DNA of 64,000 nt. Origin: Candidatus Zixiibacteriota bacterium. GTDB taxonomy: Bacteria; Zixibacteria; MSB-5A5; GN15; FEB-12. Below the pieces are notes generated by a model. The model was not told the DNA's origin, made no database searches, and saw only the letters and a list, made by a program, of their open reading frames with translations. The stretch covers positions 401 through 64,400 of the forward strand of contig JBATNE010000036.1 of the NCBI GenBank assembly GCA_049290195.1, read 5' to 3'. The position numbers were made by a program, and so were the translations under genes. Below, one piece after another: positions 9,467-18,066 of this stretch; within the stretch, counting starts at the first letter, position 1, and each line of letters opens with the position of its first letter.

Positions 9467-10435
9467 TCAGCTCTTGGCTGCTTTATCCATCTCTTCTTCG
9501 AATTTGCTCACAACATTGTCCAGCACCTTGGCCAGATCGTTCCCCTGGTCCTGCTGACCCGCGGGACCATCGAGATTGATCTGCGCATATTCCGCCGGAT
9601 TGGCCGGAGCAGTCTTCACTTTACCGGTCTGAACATTCGACTCGCCCTTTTCCTTCTGCGCCGCCGCTTCGCCGACTTTGCGATAATTCTCCAGCGCTGA
9701 GGCAAGTTCCGGATCGATCTGCTTCGGCTGTTCCTCTTCCTGAACCACCGCGCGAACGGCATCGGTCACCTGGCGATTGGTGATCGTATGGTCAACTTCG
9801 ACAATCTTGGATGCTGCATTCGCTTCTTCGGTTTTGGCCAATCCCTGTTTGCTCGGGACCGTGGCAACCGTCTCCCGCGTCTGGGCGGTCATTTCGGTGG
9901 TGTCAGTAATCTCTATGCGGTCTTCCTGCTGCTGATGATGGCTCTGCGGCTGGCCCTTGGCCTGCGTCCGCTGAGCTTCCGGAAGTTCCGCCTGGGCCAG
10001 TTCCTGCACCCATTCAAGATGGGAACCGATCAACTGGCGAAGTTTGGACAGATATGACTTGCGGGTAAGTTCCAGTTTCTGAATCGACGATTCCAGTTCG
10101 GCATGGCGCTGAGCACGGCCCGAAAGAACCTGCTCCGCTTCGTTGGTGGCACGCGAGACAATAAGTTCCGCTTCGTGCTTGGCGTTCGCCACAGTCATGT
10201 CGGCATTGCGACGGGCATCGATAGCCGCGTTCTTGATGGCATCCTCGAACTGCTTCAGGCCGTTAAGCTGAAGACGCACCGATTCGCATTCCATGGAAAG
10301 GCGAAGGTTCTCCTGTTTGAGAGCTTCGATCGTCTGCGCTACCTGCTCGCGGAAATTGTCGACCGCGTCTTTGTCATAGCCGCGCATGTGCGTGGAGAAT
10401 TCCAAATTCCGAATGTCGTTGGGGGACATTTCCAT
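9467..10435 (-). CDS. divIVA: DivIVA-domain protein
   Basis: N-terminal SPNDIRNLEFSTHMRGYDKDAVDNFREQV followed by coiled-coil-like sequence and a low-complexity acidic tail. Confidence 0.85.
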   Translation of the reverse strand: MEMSPNDIRNLEFSTHMRGYDKDAVDNFREQVAQTIEALKQENLRLSMECESVRLQLNGLKQFEDAIKNAAIDARRNADMTVANAKHEAELIVSRATNEAEQVLSGRAQRHAELESSIQKLELTRKSYLSKLRQLIGSHLEWVQELAQAELPEAQRTQAKGQPQSHHQQQEDRIEITDTTEMTAQTRETVATVPSKQGLAKTEEANAASKIVEVDHTITNRQVTDAVRAVVQEEEQPKQIDPELASALENYRKVGEAAAQKEKGESNVQTGKVKTAPANPAEYAQINLDGPAGQQDQGNDLAKVLDNVVSKFEEEMDKAAKS

Positions 10436-10673
10436 AACTTCTCTCGCTTCTTTACAGTCCTGATCGTTCTAACTAGCGCTCGGCGGCCTGCCTAAAAGAC
10501 TCCCGGCATCCGCCGTTTCACCTTGATACACATATCTGTATATCGTCCATTTTGGCACGGACTTAACCATCATCTGTCAGGGAAATCCGCCGGCCCATCC
10601 AGTGCCAAATTGCCCAACCTATCGCCGTTCTTTTAGTTGTCCTCCCGCCCCCTCCCTTGTATAACTTCCTGCC

Positions 10674-11825
10674 ATGAAACCCAAACTGCTCCAGTGGATC
10701 GAACTCTCCCAGTCCGCCCTGACCCGGAATCTCGATTCCCTCTCCCGGTTGGCCAAAGGACGCATAATGGCCCCATCGGTCAAAGCCAACGCCTACGGCC
10801 ACGGCCTGCCGCAATTGGTCTCGATGATCTCCCCGCGCAAAGATGTCCAGTACCTCTCGGTCCACTCTCTTTCCGAAGCTATCGTCTGCCGCCAGAGCGG
10901 CTGGAAACGAAAACTCCTCATCCTCGGCCCGATCTCAACCGACTCGCTCGATGCTGTCCTTGAGTATCAACTGGAACCGGTGGTCGCAAGTACCCAGGTA
11001 CTCGACCGCATCGGCAAAATCGCAGACAAATACAAATACCCAATCCTCACCCATCTCAAACTGGAAACAGGAACGCATCGTCAGGGCTTCACCGACAAGG
11101 AACTCCCCTCGGTCGCGAAGATTTATAAGAAGTACAAATTCCTCTCCACGCCCCTCGGCGCCTCGATGCACTTCGCCAATATCGAAGACACCACCAGTCA
11201 TGAGTATGCTTTGTATCAGCTCGCCAATTTCGACCGCCTGGTCGGCGTCATGAAAAAACTCGGCATCGGACCCAAACTTCGCCATACCGCCTCCTCAGCG
11301 GCGCTCCTGCTCTTCGATAAGACCAGATTCGAACTGGTCCGCCCCGGACTGGCCGTCTACGGTCACTGGCCCTCCAAAGAGACCTATCTTTCCTATAGAC
11401 TGCAGGGAAAGCGAAACGATATCCTGAAACCGGTCCTCACCTGGAAGACCCGTATCACGCAAATCAAGTCGGTCCCTGCCGACAGCTTTGTCGGTTACGG
11501 TTGCACCTACCGAACCACCGCCCCCACCAAACTGGCTATCCTGCCGGTCGGGTATTTCGATGGCTACGACCGTGCCCTATCCAACCAGTCCTATGTCCTG
11601 ATTAAAGGCATGCGAGCCCCCATCCGGGGCCGTATCTGTATGAACCTGATGATGGCTGATATTACTGATATCAAAGGGGTGAAGCTCGAAGACGAAGCGG
11701 TCTTATTGGGCCGGGTAGGGCGTGAAAACCTGTCAGCCGAGCAACTTGGCCAGTGGGCTGGGACAATTAACTATGAAATACTGGCCCGACTCTCCGGCGA
11801 AATTCCACGAATCACGGTTAAATAG
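10674..11825 (+). CDS. alr: Alanine racemase
   Basis: PLP-lysine motif SVKANAYGHG. Length (383 aa) and C-terminal region (GYGCTY..LPVGYFDGY) are typical of Alr. Confidence 0.9.
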   Translation: MKPKLLQWIELSQSALTRNLDSLSRLAKGRIMAPSVKANAYGHGLPQLVSMISPRKDVQYLSVHSLSEAIVCRQSGWKRKLLILGPISTDSLDAVLEYQLEPVVASTQVLDRIGKIADKYKYPILTHLKLETGTHRQGFTDKELPSVAKIYKKYKFLSTPLGASMHFANIEDTTSHEYALYQLANFDRLVGVMKKLGIGPKLRHTASSAALLLFDKTRFELVRPGLAVYGHWPSKETYLSYRLQGKRNDILKPVLTWKTRITQIKSVPADSFVGYGCTYRTTAPTKLAILPVGYFDGYDRALSNQSYVLIKGMRAPIRGRICMNLMMADITDIKGVKLEDEAVLLGRVGRENLSAEQLGQWAGTINYEILARLSGEIPRITVK

Positions 11826-11888
11826 GGGCGAGTTTGAACACTTTTTCACAGACTATCCTCTTAAGAAGACCCGTAATTATCCGATTAC

Positions 11889-11906
11889 TTGTTAAAATTT
11901 TCACTT
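11889..11906. promoter_or_regulatory. Candidate Rex operator upstream of rex
   Basis: TTGTTAAAATTTTCACTT compared with the published Rex consensus TTGTGAA-N4-TTCACAA. The TGTGA-N6-TCACA core spacing is kept, with one mismatch per core half-site. Confidence 0.45.
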
Positions 11907-11933
11907 GACACCCCTTAGGGTGCGGTCTATTTT
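11905..11933 (+). promoter_or_regulatory. Sigma70-like promoter for rex
   Basis: TTGACA (11905-11910), a 17-bp spacer, then TATTTT (11928-11933), about 60 bp upstream of the GTG start. The -35 overlaps the Rex-like box. Confidence 0.45.
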
Positions 11934-11993
11934 ATCTAGTCGGGTAAATCTGGTCCTATATTCCCGCCCGACAGTAAGTTATAAGGAGCGACA

Positions 11994-12671
11994 GTGAATC
12001 TATCGGCGTCTCCTCTGGCAAAGAAACGTATCTCAGAATCGACCATTCACCGCCTGTCCATGTATTACCGGGCGTTGTCTTTGCTCGAAAAAGAGAACTA
12101 CGAGACCGTTTCCTCCAAGGAACTGGCCAAACGCGAGAAACTGACCCCGGCGCAGGTCCGCAAAGATCTGTCGTTCTTCGGATCGTTCGGTACCCGCGGC
12201 CTCGGCTATCCGGTCAAGGACCTTCGTGCCCAGATCGGCTCGATTCTCGGATTGGATCGGATCTGGAGAGTAGCGTTGGTCGGGATCGGTAACATCGGTT
12301 CCGCTCTCGTCAGCTACAAAGAATTCACCAAGCAGGGATTCCAGATCGTAAAGCTGTTCGACAACGACCAGCGGAAAATCGGCTCCAATCACAAGGGAAT
12401 AGTAGTCTCCGATATTCGCAATCTCGAATCAGAATTGCGCGAACTCAAAATCGAAATGGTCGTTCTGGCCGTCCCGGCGACCGTTGCTCAGTATATTGTC
12501 GATGATGTCGTCCGGGCCGGAATCAAGGCCATCCTTAATTTCGCGCCGGTGAATCTCAAAGTTCCGGATGATGTCTACATCCGCAATGAAAATATGTCCA
12601 TGGAGCTTGAGTACCTCTCCTTTGCCATGGTCAACAACCATGCGCAAAAGCGGGTAAAAGTAAGCATCTAG
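11994..12671 (+). CDS. rex: Redox-sensing transcriptional repressor Rex
   Basis: Winged-helix region TIHRLSMYYRALSLL and Rossmann motif VALVGIGNIGSAL. GTG start with an AGGAG RBS. Confidence 0.9.
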   Translation: MNLSASPLAKKRISESTIHRLSMYYRALSLLEKENYETVSSKELAKREKLTPAQVRKDLSFFGSFGTRGLGYPVKDLRAQIGSILGLDRIWRVALVGIGNIGSALVSYKEFTKQGFQIVKLFDNDQRKIGSNHKGIVVSDIRNLESELRELKIEMVVLAVPATVAQYIVDDVVRAGIKAILNFAPVNLKVPDDVYIRNENMSMELEYLSFAMVNNHAQKRVKVSI

Positions 12672-12844
12672 TTCCTGTTCACGGATGAACTCGAGCTGTG
12701 CCCCTCAGGCGCCCTTGCGTTCCAGGAACCGGCCCGCCATGCGGGCCGTTTTTCTTCCCCCTACCAAATTTCTCCCCATGTAGTATCTTCAGGCCTGTCC
12801 CGTGTACAACCGATAACGTGAGAACTTCTGGCGAAAGTGCTTCT

Positions 12845-13783
12845 ATGCAGCGAACGATGTTAACACTGATCTTTCTCCTCGGCCTGGCCGCAACCGGACT
12901 GGCCCAGGACTCCCTCCAGACCATCCTGATCAAAGGAGGAGTGGCGGTCCGCGATGGCAAGTACGACGAAGCCCTCGCCGCCTACCAGAGCGCCCTGAAA
13001 ATCGATCCCAACAACACCGAGGCTACTCGCAATCTCGGCGTCATCTATTCCACCAAAGGAGACCAGAAGAAAGCGCTTGAGTATTTCGAGAAAGTGTACG
13101 CTGTCGACAGCACCGATGCCGCCAACGCCAACAACATCGGCGTCATTTACAGCGGATACGACAAAGTCGACATGGCGGCGCGGTATTTCGAAGTTGCGGT
13201 CAAATACGACAGCACCAGCGCCCTCTTTCGTTCCAATCTCGCCGGCGAATATCTCAAACTGAATCGCCCCGATGATGCCCTCCCGGTTCTGCGTACGGCG
13301 GCGCTGCTTGATTCCACCAAACCTATTATTGCCTATCAGACGGGACGCGCCTATTTCCAGAAGAAAATGGCCGATAGCTGCCTGTATTACTTTGGCCGGA
13401 GCATCAAGATGGGCGGAAGTTCCGCTGAGCTGTTCTATCTCCGCGGTCTGGCTCTGGCGGCCAAAAGAATGCCCGACTCCGCCGAAGCCAGCTACAAGAG
13501 CGCTCTTGCCATGGACCCAAAACACCTCGAGACGCTGCAGACGCTGGGAGTCTTCTACGTCGGCAAACAGCAGTATCCCAAAGCTCTTGAAATGTTCAAG
13601 CGCGCCTCGGCAGTCGATACCACGTTTGCTCTTCCGGTCATTTCACTCGGTGTCATGTATGCCATGACTGGCCAGGATGCCAAAGCCGATTCCATTCGCA
13701 ACAGGCTCAGATCGGCCGACACCCTCATGTCCGCCAAGATGGATCAGCTGATCGCCGCCGAACGAGCCCGTCCCAAAAAGTAA
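12845..13783 (+). CDS. Secreted tetratricopeptide-repeat protein
   Basis: Signal peptide MQRTMLTLIFLLGLAATGLAQ, then repeated A..Y..AL..DP.N TPR units. The longer ORF-track start is rejected. Confidence 0.8.
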   Translation: MQRTMLTLIFLLGLAATGLAQDSLQTILIKGGVAVRDGKYDEALAAYQSALKIDPNNTEATRNLGVIYSTKGDQKKALEYFEKVYAVDSTDAANANNIGVIYSGYDKVDMAARYFEVAVKYDSTSALFRSNLAGEYLKLNRPDDALPVLRTAALLDSTKPIIAYQTGRAYFQKKMADSCLYYFGRSIKMGGSSAELFYLRGLALAAKRMPDSAEASYKSALAMDPKHLETLQTLGVFYVGKQQYPKALEMFKRASAVDTTFALPVISLGVMYAMTGQDAKADSIRNRLRSADTLMSAKMDQLIAAERARPKK

Positions 13784-13812
13784 AAAGAAAACGCCGCCAG
13801 ATTCTGGCGGCG
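13782..13812 (-). terminator. Terminator hairpin between convergent TPR and rubrerythrin-like genes
   Basis: Perfect 9-bp stem CGCCGCCAG-ATT-CTGGCGGCG (13792-13812). The minus strand continues TTTTCTTTTT, so it probably serves the minus-strand gene best. Confidence 0.7.
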
Positions 13813-13843
13813 CCTCTCGCACCAATCTATTTCCGGTCGTCTC

Positions 13844-14332
13844 TTACACGCCGTACTTCTTCATCATCTCTTTGATGATCGTCATGTGACCTGACTCAAA
13901 TTTCGCCAGATCATTGAATATCTTCTTCCCTTCCGGCTCATTGGTCCGGTTGGCGGCGGCATCGAACATATCATACGCTTCTTCTTCGAGCCGATAGGCG
14001 ATATCCAGAATCGTCTTCACCGTGTTGGCGGCGCGCACTTCGGCGATCAGATCCTTGTGCCGCGATGTCATCTCTTCGCCGATTTCCGGCAACCCCGGCT
14101 TCTTCAGAATATCCGCCGTGCTGATCCATTTCTCGCTCCGAACCAGCGAATCATGCTGCCCTTCCAGAATCTGGAAATGCATCTTTTCTTCCAACGCCAG
14201 CTTTTCGAATACATCCTTGAACTGCGCCGACTGGCTTTTCTTGGCCGCCTCAACATAAAAGACATAGGCTGCCGCCTCCGATTGAATACCGGTGGTGAGC
14301 GCCATGAGGACCTGCGGATTCACGGGAGTCAT
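13844..14332 (-). CDS. Rubrerythrin / ferritin-like diiron protein (no rubredoxin domain)
   Basis: Two ExxH-type segments (EEKMHFQILEG; FESGHMTIIKE) within a 162-aa four-helix-type sequence. Confidence 0.6.
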   Translation of the reverse strand: MTPVNPQVLMALTTGIQSEAAAYVFYVEAAKKSQSAQFKDVFEKLALEEKMHFQILEGQHDSLVRSEKWISTADILKKPGLPEIGEEMTSRHKDLIAEVRAANTVKTILDIAYRLEEEAYDMFDAAANRTNEPEGKKIFNDLAKFESGHMTIIKEMMKKYGV

Positions 14333-14342
14333 ATTTCTTACC

Positions 14343-14408
14343 TTATCGCTATTTCGCGTTACCGTAAACTAACCGACCCATACCGGCCGGAATTATCGAC
14401 ATTTCGCG
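14343..14408. promoter_or_regulatory. Two 16-bp direct repeats in the rubrerythrin-like gene leader
   Basis: TTATCGCTATTTCGCG (14343-14358) and TTATCGACATTTCGCG (14393-14408) match at 14/16 positions and lie exactly 50 bp apart. The proximal copy abuts the RBS. Confidence 0.4.
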
Positions 14409-14534
14409 CCAAATTAGCGATTTACGCCCAGAAGTCAAGTGCGGTAAAATTCTACTGTTTTGAAGTCAATTCGAGACCGGAGCAGTTGTCGTAGGGAAGG
14501 AGCCCTGCTTGAGCCGAGACTATCGAGGCGAAAG

Positions 14535-14554
14535 ACCCCGCCTTCAAGCGGGGT
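14535..14554. repeat. GC hairpin, family 2, copy 1 (3' of the TonB-like gene)
   Basis: ACCCCGCCTTCAAGCGGGGT shares the core CCCGCCTT[C/T]AAGCGGG with 18878-18895. Confidence 0.6.
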
Positions 14555-14582
14555 GCTCCTGCCACTTGCAGAAGTGATCTCA

Positions 14583-15428
14583 CTACCGTTTCGAATACAA
14601 CTCGAGGCTGGAGCAATTTATCCCAAGACAATACTTATACCCGATCACCAGAAAATCCCCGATTGGCGCACCCATAGCGGTCTTGGGTGCAAACCGCCAA
14701 TCCGGAAGCACCTTGATGAGGTTCCTGGCGAAAAACCAATCCTTTGGCTCTTCCGAAATCACGCAATATTCCAGTGTCTGCGGGTGCCCATCCAAAACGT
14801 ATTGAAGCGACCTGATCCGTTTATCGCGGACAATCTCAGCGGGAAAGGGAGTGAGCTCGCCCCGCCCGTCGACATAAACCAATATTCTGACCTCTCCCTC
14901 TTTGCGTGCCTGACGTGCCACAATCGGATACTCCGGATCCGGCTTGTCTAGAATGCCGACCGTGTCCCGGTCGTGGTACACTTTCTCCGGAATGCCCGCA
15001 ATCCCATCTCCACTTCCTGTCCCCAGCGGATCGGAGAAAATTCCGGTGTCCGGACTATTTGAAACTGTCTGTCCCAGACTTGGCGCCGCATCAGCTATCA
15101 CCGGACGTATTTCCACCGGCACCGACTTCGGCGGGTTAACGGCCACAACAGGATGGTCCGGGATAATTGCCACTTTGACATTGATCTGCCCATGGAAGGG
15201 CTGTTCATGTGAAGGCAATCGGCGCGGCTTCCCCTCGCTGGAATTCCACCCCGGTCGCGGCACAAATCGATAAGTCTCGTGAGTAACAGAGAAATAGTCC
15301 GGCTCCGCACCAAAGTGTGTGTAGAGCCATGCCGGCACGACAAGCACGGCAGCGGCTATCGCCATGCCAAAGAGCATGTGCCTCTGATACGACGACTTGA
15401 GTTCCCGCGCACCGTATGATGAAAACAT
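14583..15428 (-). CDS. TonB-family protein (N-terminal TM anchor, TonB_C-like domain with an insertion)
   Basis: TM segment MLFGMAIAAAVLVVPAWLY, a Pro-rich linker, then PDPEYPIVARQARKEGEVRILVYVDGRGEL typical of the TonB C-terminal domain. Confidence 0.6.
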   Translation of the reverse strand: MFSSYGARELKSSYQRHMLFGMAIAAAVLVVPAWLYTHFGAEPDYFSVTHETYRFVPRPGWNSSEGKPRRLPSHEQPFHGQINVKVAIIPDHPVVAVNPPKSVPVEIRPVIADAAPSLGQTVSNSPDTGIFSDPLGTGSGDGIAGIPEKVYHDRDTVGILDKPDPEYPIVARQARKEGEVRILVYVDGRGELTPFPAEIVRDKRIRSLQYVLDGHPQTLEYCVISEEPKDWFFARNLIKVLPDWRFAPKTAMGAPIGDFLVIGYKYCLGINCSSLELYSKR

Positions 15429-15457
15429 TTCCTATCCCCAGATTAAGAACCGATATC

Positions 15458-16321
15458 TCAATTCGATCCAAGCAACTCAATTCGGTCTGTCGATCGCTCC
15501 GAAGTCTCTCGTAGTTTCTTCGGTATCCAGGCTTTGAATTCCTCGAGACGAGTGGCGTTTGACACCTGATAGCATACGAGAAACCCTGTCGAAGTCTTAT
15601 TGACTGACCTCCGTTTCCCCAGATAAGCCGTACTTACCCACGAAGAAAGCACACAGGGATAAAATCCCGCCTTGAGAGTCACGAGCTTGCAGTCCCTCCC
15701 AAACCTCTCCCCCACCCCATCCAATAATTCCTTGATGGCATCCTCACTCTGTGAACCGATCTGCGCCCACGCAAGATCGCCTGGAATGGCTCGCGGGGAG
15801 TCTATTAATAACAGAGATGACTTGTGCGTATACTCAATTTCGATACTGCTCTTCAGCACAATACGAACTTTCGCCGTGTCTGGCCACTGAATGACCGACA
15901 GGACAAAATCACTGCTGGGCAGATCGAATCTGGATTGCCGAGTCGGTCGCCGCACAAGTGGCTTCGCATTACTGGTCCCGAAATCAGACTGATTCTCTGA
16001 AAGGATGCGAATCTCCAACGATGAATCTGTGCTCCAGGAATCGAAGGCCGGGGTCCAATCCGGCGAAGATAATACCAGCCTGAGTTGATTGGTATGCGCA
16101 AACACTGCATTGGAATCCTGGTCGCAGTCTGAATAGACAAACAAGTGGAGCGGTCGTAATTTCCCCTGAGGCCTCACTCGGCCGTGAGCTCCCACCGGCG
16201 GGGGAAGACTGTCATCGGCATCCCATCCTACCCCGGGTCCCTGAGCGTGCGCCAGGGACCAGGTGGCGGCCAGCAGAACCACAAGCGCTTGTAACACGAT
16301 GGCTCGTCTTTGAATCATCAT
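15458..16321 (-). CDS. Hypothetical secreted protein, paralog B
   Basis: Signal peptide ..LLAATWSLAHA|QG. The C-terminal ~100 aa align without gaps to the 16334..17041 product (IDSPRAIP/FDSAREIP; G[FI]YP-x12-G[KR]R[RQ]xVNxTxxG[FY]L). Confidence 0.6.
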   Translation of the reverse strand: MMIQRRAIVLQALVVLLAATWSLAHAQGPGVGWDADDSLPPPVGAHGRVRPQGKLRPLHLFVYSDCDQDSNAVFAHTNQLRLVLSSPDWTPAFDSWSTDSSLEIRILSENQSDFGTSNAKPLVRRPTRQSRFDLPSSDFVLSVIQWPDTAKVRIVLKSSIEIEYTHKSSLLLIDSPRAIPGDLAWAQIGSQSEDAIKELLDGVGERFGRDCKLVTLKAGFYPCVLSSWVSTAYLGKRRSVNKTSTGFLVCYQVSNATRLEEFKAWIPKKLRETSERSTDRIELLGSN

Positions 16322-16333
16322 CGTACTATCCTC

Positions 16334-17041
16334 CTATAGGTCTCTCTTCTGATTCTCGAGCCAATTCGAAATTTCATCCGACCTCTCTGCATCGAGGATG
16401 TGAAAAGCGATAAGGTAGCCACAGGTTGTTTCGTTGACTCTCTGCCGCCGTCCTATGTCCGCGACCTGTACAACTGGGAACTGCAGGCTTGGATAAATGC
16501 CTGGCTCAAGAATTTTCGATTCGAGCGCATTCGGAAATTGCCGCAACGCTGCCGCGATGAGGGCGTGCGATGATTTGCTTCGTCTCCAATCGGTTTGTAC
16601 AGTGATCACGTTCGTGGGAATCTCGCGCGCCGAATCGAAAACCAGCTGAGTGGATTGACGCAGCAAATTGATGCGTCCCGCCCTGGTCTCGAGTGCTGCT
16701 GTATCGTGACACAACACTACTTGCACAATGCCTATGCCCGGCTGACAATTAATCGGCGCTTGCACTCCCGGTGCGAACGTGATTGGGCTCTCTTGATCAC
16801 GTCGATGTGGAACTAGCGTGATTGTCAGAGTGTCACCGCGCTCACTTGAAAAGGCCGAAGCATGCGATCCCTCAGAGAAAAACTCGAAAACGAACTCGCT
16901 TGTTATGCTGTCTCTGGAGTAAATGCAATGAGCTGGCACAACATGGTTGTCCGGCTTGTTGGTGATCTCATATCGCTGAGAATAGGATGTGTCTGCCGAG
17001 ATGATCGCGAATACAAATGCGAATGTGGCCAGCTGACCCAC
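16334..17041 (-). CDS. Hypothetical exported protein, paralog A
   Basis: GTG start preceded by GGAGGG (5-nt spacer) and a hydrophobic N-terminus. Paralogous to 15458..16321. Confidence 0.55.
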   Translation of the reverse strand: MGQLATFAFVFAIISADTSYSQRYEITNKPDNHVVPAHCIYSRDSITSEFVFEFFSEGSHASAFSSERGDTLTITLVPHRRDQESPITFAPGVQAPINCQPGIGIVQVVLCHDTAALETRAGRINLLRQSTQLVFDSAREIPTNVITVQTDWRRSKSSHALIAAALRQFPNALESKILEPGIYPSLQFPVVQVADIGRRQRVNETTCGYLIAFHILDAERSDEISNWLENQKRDL

Positions 17042-17062
17042 AATATCCCTCCGCTGTGACTG

Positions 17063-17078
17063 CCGGGAGAACTCCCGG
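17063..17078. promoter_or_regulatory. Perfect palindrome in the leader of paralog A
   Basis: CCGGGAG-AA-CTCCCGG lies 22-37 bp upstream of the GTG start at 17041. Confidence 0.3.
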
Positions 17079-17100
17079 ATACTGCTAATCTATAAGACGT

Positions 17101-17119
17101 ACTGTCAAAGCACGGCAGT
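17101..17119. promoter_or_regulatory. Operator-like motif, copy 1 (ACTGTCAAA-N4-GGCAGT)
   Basis: ACTGTCAAAGCACGGCAGT is a partial inverted repeat (ACTGTC/GGCAGT), 60-78 bp upstream of the minus-strand operon start. Confidence 0.45.
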
Positions 17120-17346
17120 CAAAGAAAAGAAAATCTCCCCTCCTTCATCAGACGACTTTCGGATTGCCCTCTCTTGGCCGCGATACAGAGTGCAATTTCT
17201 CCCACCATCTTTTCGGGGCCGGCACTCAATGGGAAAGGAACGACGTGGTTCTGCCATGAGGGGCTAATCGACCATTCCATAGACGCTTAGATGGCGCCGA
17301 AAACCGCCGGAATCGCCCCGTCGAGACCCATTTCCGCACCCAGGAC

Positions 17347-17365
17347 ACTGTCAAATTCTGGCAGT
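17347..17365. promoter_or_regulatory. Operator-like motif, copy 2
   Basis: ACTGTCAAATTCTGGCAGT is identical to copy 1 in 15/19 positions (everything outside the N4). It lies 76-94 bp upstream of the plus-strand operon start. Confidence 0.45.
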
Positions 17366-17440
17366 GGTTGTCCGTACCTTGACGCCGGGCTGAAGTCTCA
17401 AAGATCCACTGACATTCACAAGGGGCACCATGGAGGTACT

Positions 17441-18049
17441 ATGAATCCAAATAATCCGATCAATCGCTCTGTCTGGCTCAAAGGCCTGGTTCTCGCTGCG
17501 TTCGCTTTCGTCGGCATCGTTGGCGGCGCCTATGTGGGACACCTGATCATCGGCAGCAAACCGGCCGAAGCAAAAGGAGAAATGAACCCCAAGGCGCAGC
17601 ACTTCTGGCTCAGCCTGAGGGCCGGAGACCTGTTCCCGTACGAAGACTATACCACCATGTCCGGTACTAAGGGGAATTTCGAGCAGTTACTGGTGGACAA
17701 ACAGTCGCTCGTTTTCTTTGTCGACCTCGATTGCACCACCTGCCATGACCTGCTCCGTTTCTGGAACACCACCCTCATGCAGCGCGTCAAACCCGGCGTG
17801 CAGATGGTCGTCTGCCTGCCTGCAAAAGACAGCACGTTGCCGCCTGAGTTCGGCGGACTGGTCGCAAAATATACCGTCGTCTTCATAGACCAACAGATGT
17901 GGAAGACCCGCTACAATTTGGTCTTCGCTCCCATCATGGCTGGTGTTGACCGAAGCGGCTTTCTGACCCACTTGCAGCATGGATTCGCCGATGAAGTCGA
18001 TTATGAAATTGCACAAGAATTCTTAACGGCCGTTAAGTCTTCCAACTAA
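17441..18049 (+). CDS. Membrane-anchored thioredoxin-fold (TlpA/redoxin-like) protein with CxxC
   Basis: GGAGG RBS, TM anchor LVLAAFAFVGIVGGAYVGHLII and the motif SLVFFVDLDCTTCHDLL. The longer ORF-track start is rejected. Confidence 0.65.
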   Translation: MNPNNPINRSVWLKGLVLAAFAFVGIVGGAYVGHLIIGSKPAEAKGEMNPKAQHFWLSLRAGDLFPYEDYTTMSGTKGNFEQLLVDKQSLVFFVDLDCTTCHDLLRFWNTTLMQRVKPGVQMVVCLPAKDSTLPPEFGGLVAKYTVVFIDQQMWKTRYNLVFAPIMAGVDRSGFLTHLQHGFADEVDYEIAQEFLTAVKSSN

Positions 18050-18066
18050 TACATAGGAGGTAGCAT

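Noticed and set aside
11836-11858. Second Rex-like box, GTTTGAACACTTTTTCACAG.
   Set aside because: The half-site spacing is TTTGA-N8-TCACA rather than N6, and the left half-site is poor.
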